DNA of 64,000 nucleotides, from NCBI RefSeq assembly GCF_009914755.1, contig NC_060936.1; one strand, 5' to 3'. Made by a program: the position numbers and the translations under genes. This document shows positions 63,324 to 64,000 of the stretch, piece by piece. Within the stretch, counting starts at the first letter, position 1. Every line of letters begins with the position of its first letter. The stretch is from the human T2T-CHM13v2.0 reference genome, Homo sapiens. A model generated the notes under the pieces. That model worked only from the letters and a program-made list of their open reading frames with translations. It was not told where the DNA came from and searched no databases.

Positions 63324-64000
63324 TCACGAAACTTTTTAATCTTATGAAGATTATTCATAAGGAGTTTATGATGCTCTGTGGTAAGTGTAATGATAAATGA
63401 AAGTAAAAGTGCTATTGGAATACATACTAGGAGAACCTAATTGACTTGGCAGGGAAAGAAGACTTCCCAAAAGTGATGTCTAAGCTTTCCCATCCTTTCT
63501 GAACAAGACTTAATCTGGAAAGCTGGGGCCAGGGGCAGGGTAGGGTTGGTAGAGGTACACCACAGGAGATGGGCTGAAAATAAGAGTGCTCCACAGGAGA
63601 ATAAAATAAACATGCACAAAGATGCAGAGAAAGAACACAGATGTTTGAGGAACTGAGAGGAAAAATCACAATGTTTGGAACATAGAATACAAGAGGAAGA
63701 ATAGCAAGAGATAAGACTAGATATATAATTAAGCAAGAGGCTAGATGACAGATGGCCTTATAAATCAGGTTAGGGAATTTGGACTTCATCCTGAGGGCAA
63801 CAGAAAACTAGAGAAGGATTTAAGTAAGGGAGTGAAAGTTACACCTGTATTTTAACAAAGTACTAGTGGCAGTATAGAGAATGAATTAGAGAGGGGTAAG
63901 ACCAGACATTCTAGGCAAGCTTGTCTTGTCTAGGCAAGCTACGACAGCAGCCTGAGTGGAATGAGAGAAAAAGAAGGAATAATCCTACAAGCAGTCCAAG

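Overview
Primate (human-like) genomic DNA, rich in Alu and L1 repeats, matching the KDM5A-SLC6A13 neighbourhood (human 12p13.33 by gene identity). Both genes lie on the minus strand. The right part holds the last nine coding exons of KDM5A (exons 20-28 if numbered back from a 28-exon model), including PHD2, the LxCxE motif, the basic region and PHD3, followed by a ~5.3 kb 3'UTR. About 17 kb of repeat-filled intergenic DNA follows, then the SLC6A13 (GAT2) promoter, non-coding exon 1, coding exon 2 and part of intron 2. Exon boundaries were read from splice sites and keep the frame continuous. There is no CRISPR array or prokaryote-type system. The strongest leads are RNA-processing switches. 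(1) An 8x60-bp minisatellite just past SLC6A13 exon 2 in which each unit is an AAUAAA plus GU-rich cassette, placed to terminate a 97-aa truncated isoform. (2) An 82-nt cassette exon in the last KDM5A intron that would cut PHD3 yet escape NMD. (3) A near-full-length antisense L1 with gene-breaking geometry before KDM5A exon 25. Smaller finds include a tailless tRNA-Cys-half retrocopy with TSDs, a 4x58-bp 3'UTR minisatellite and a GC-AG intron. Repeat subfamily names are by eye and their boundaries are approximate.
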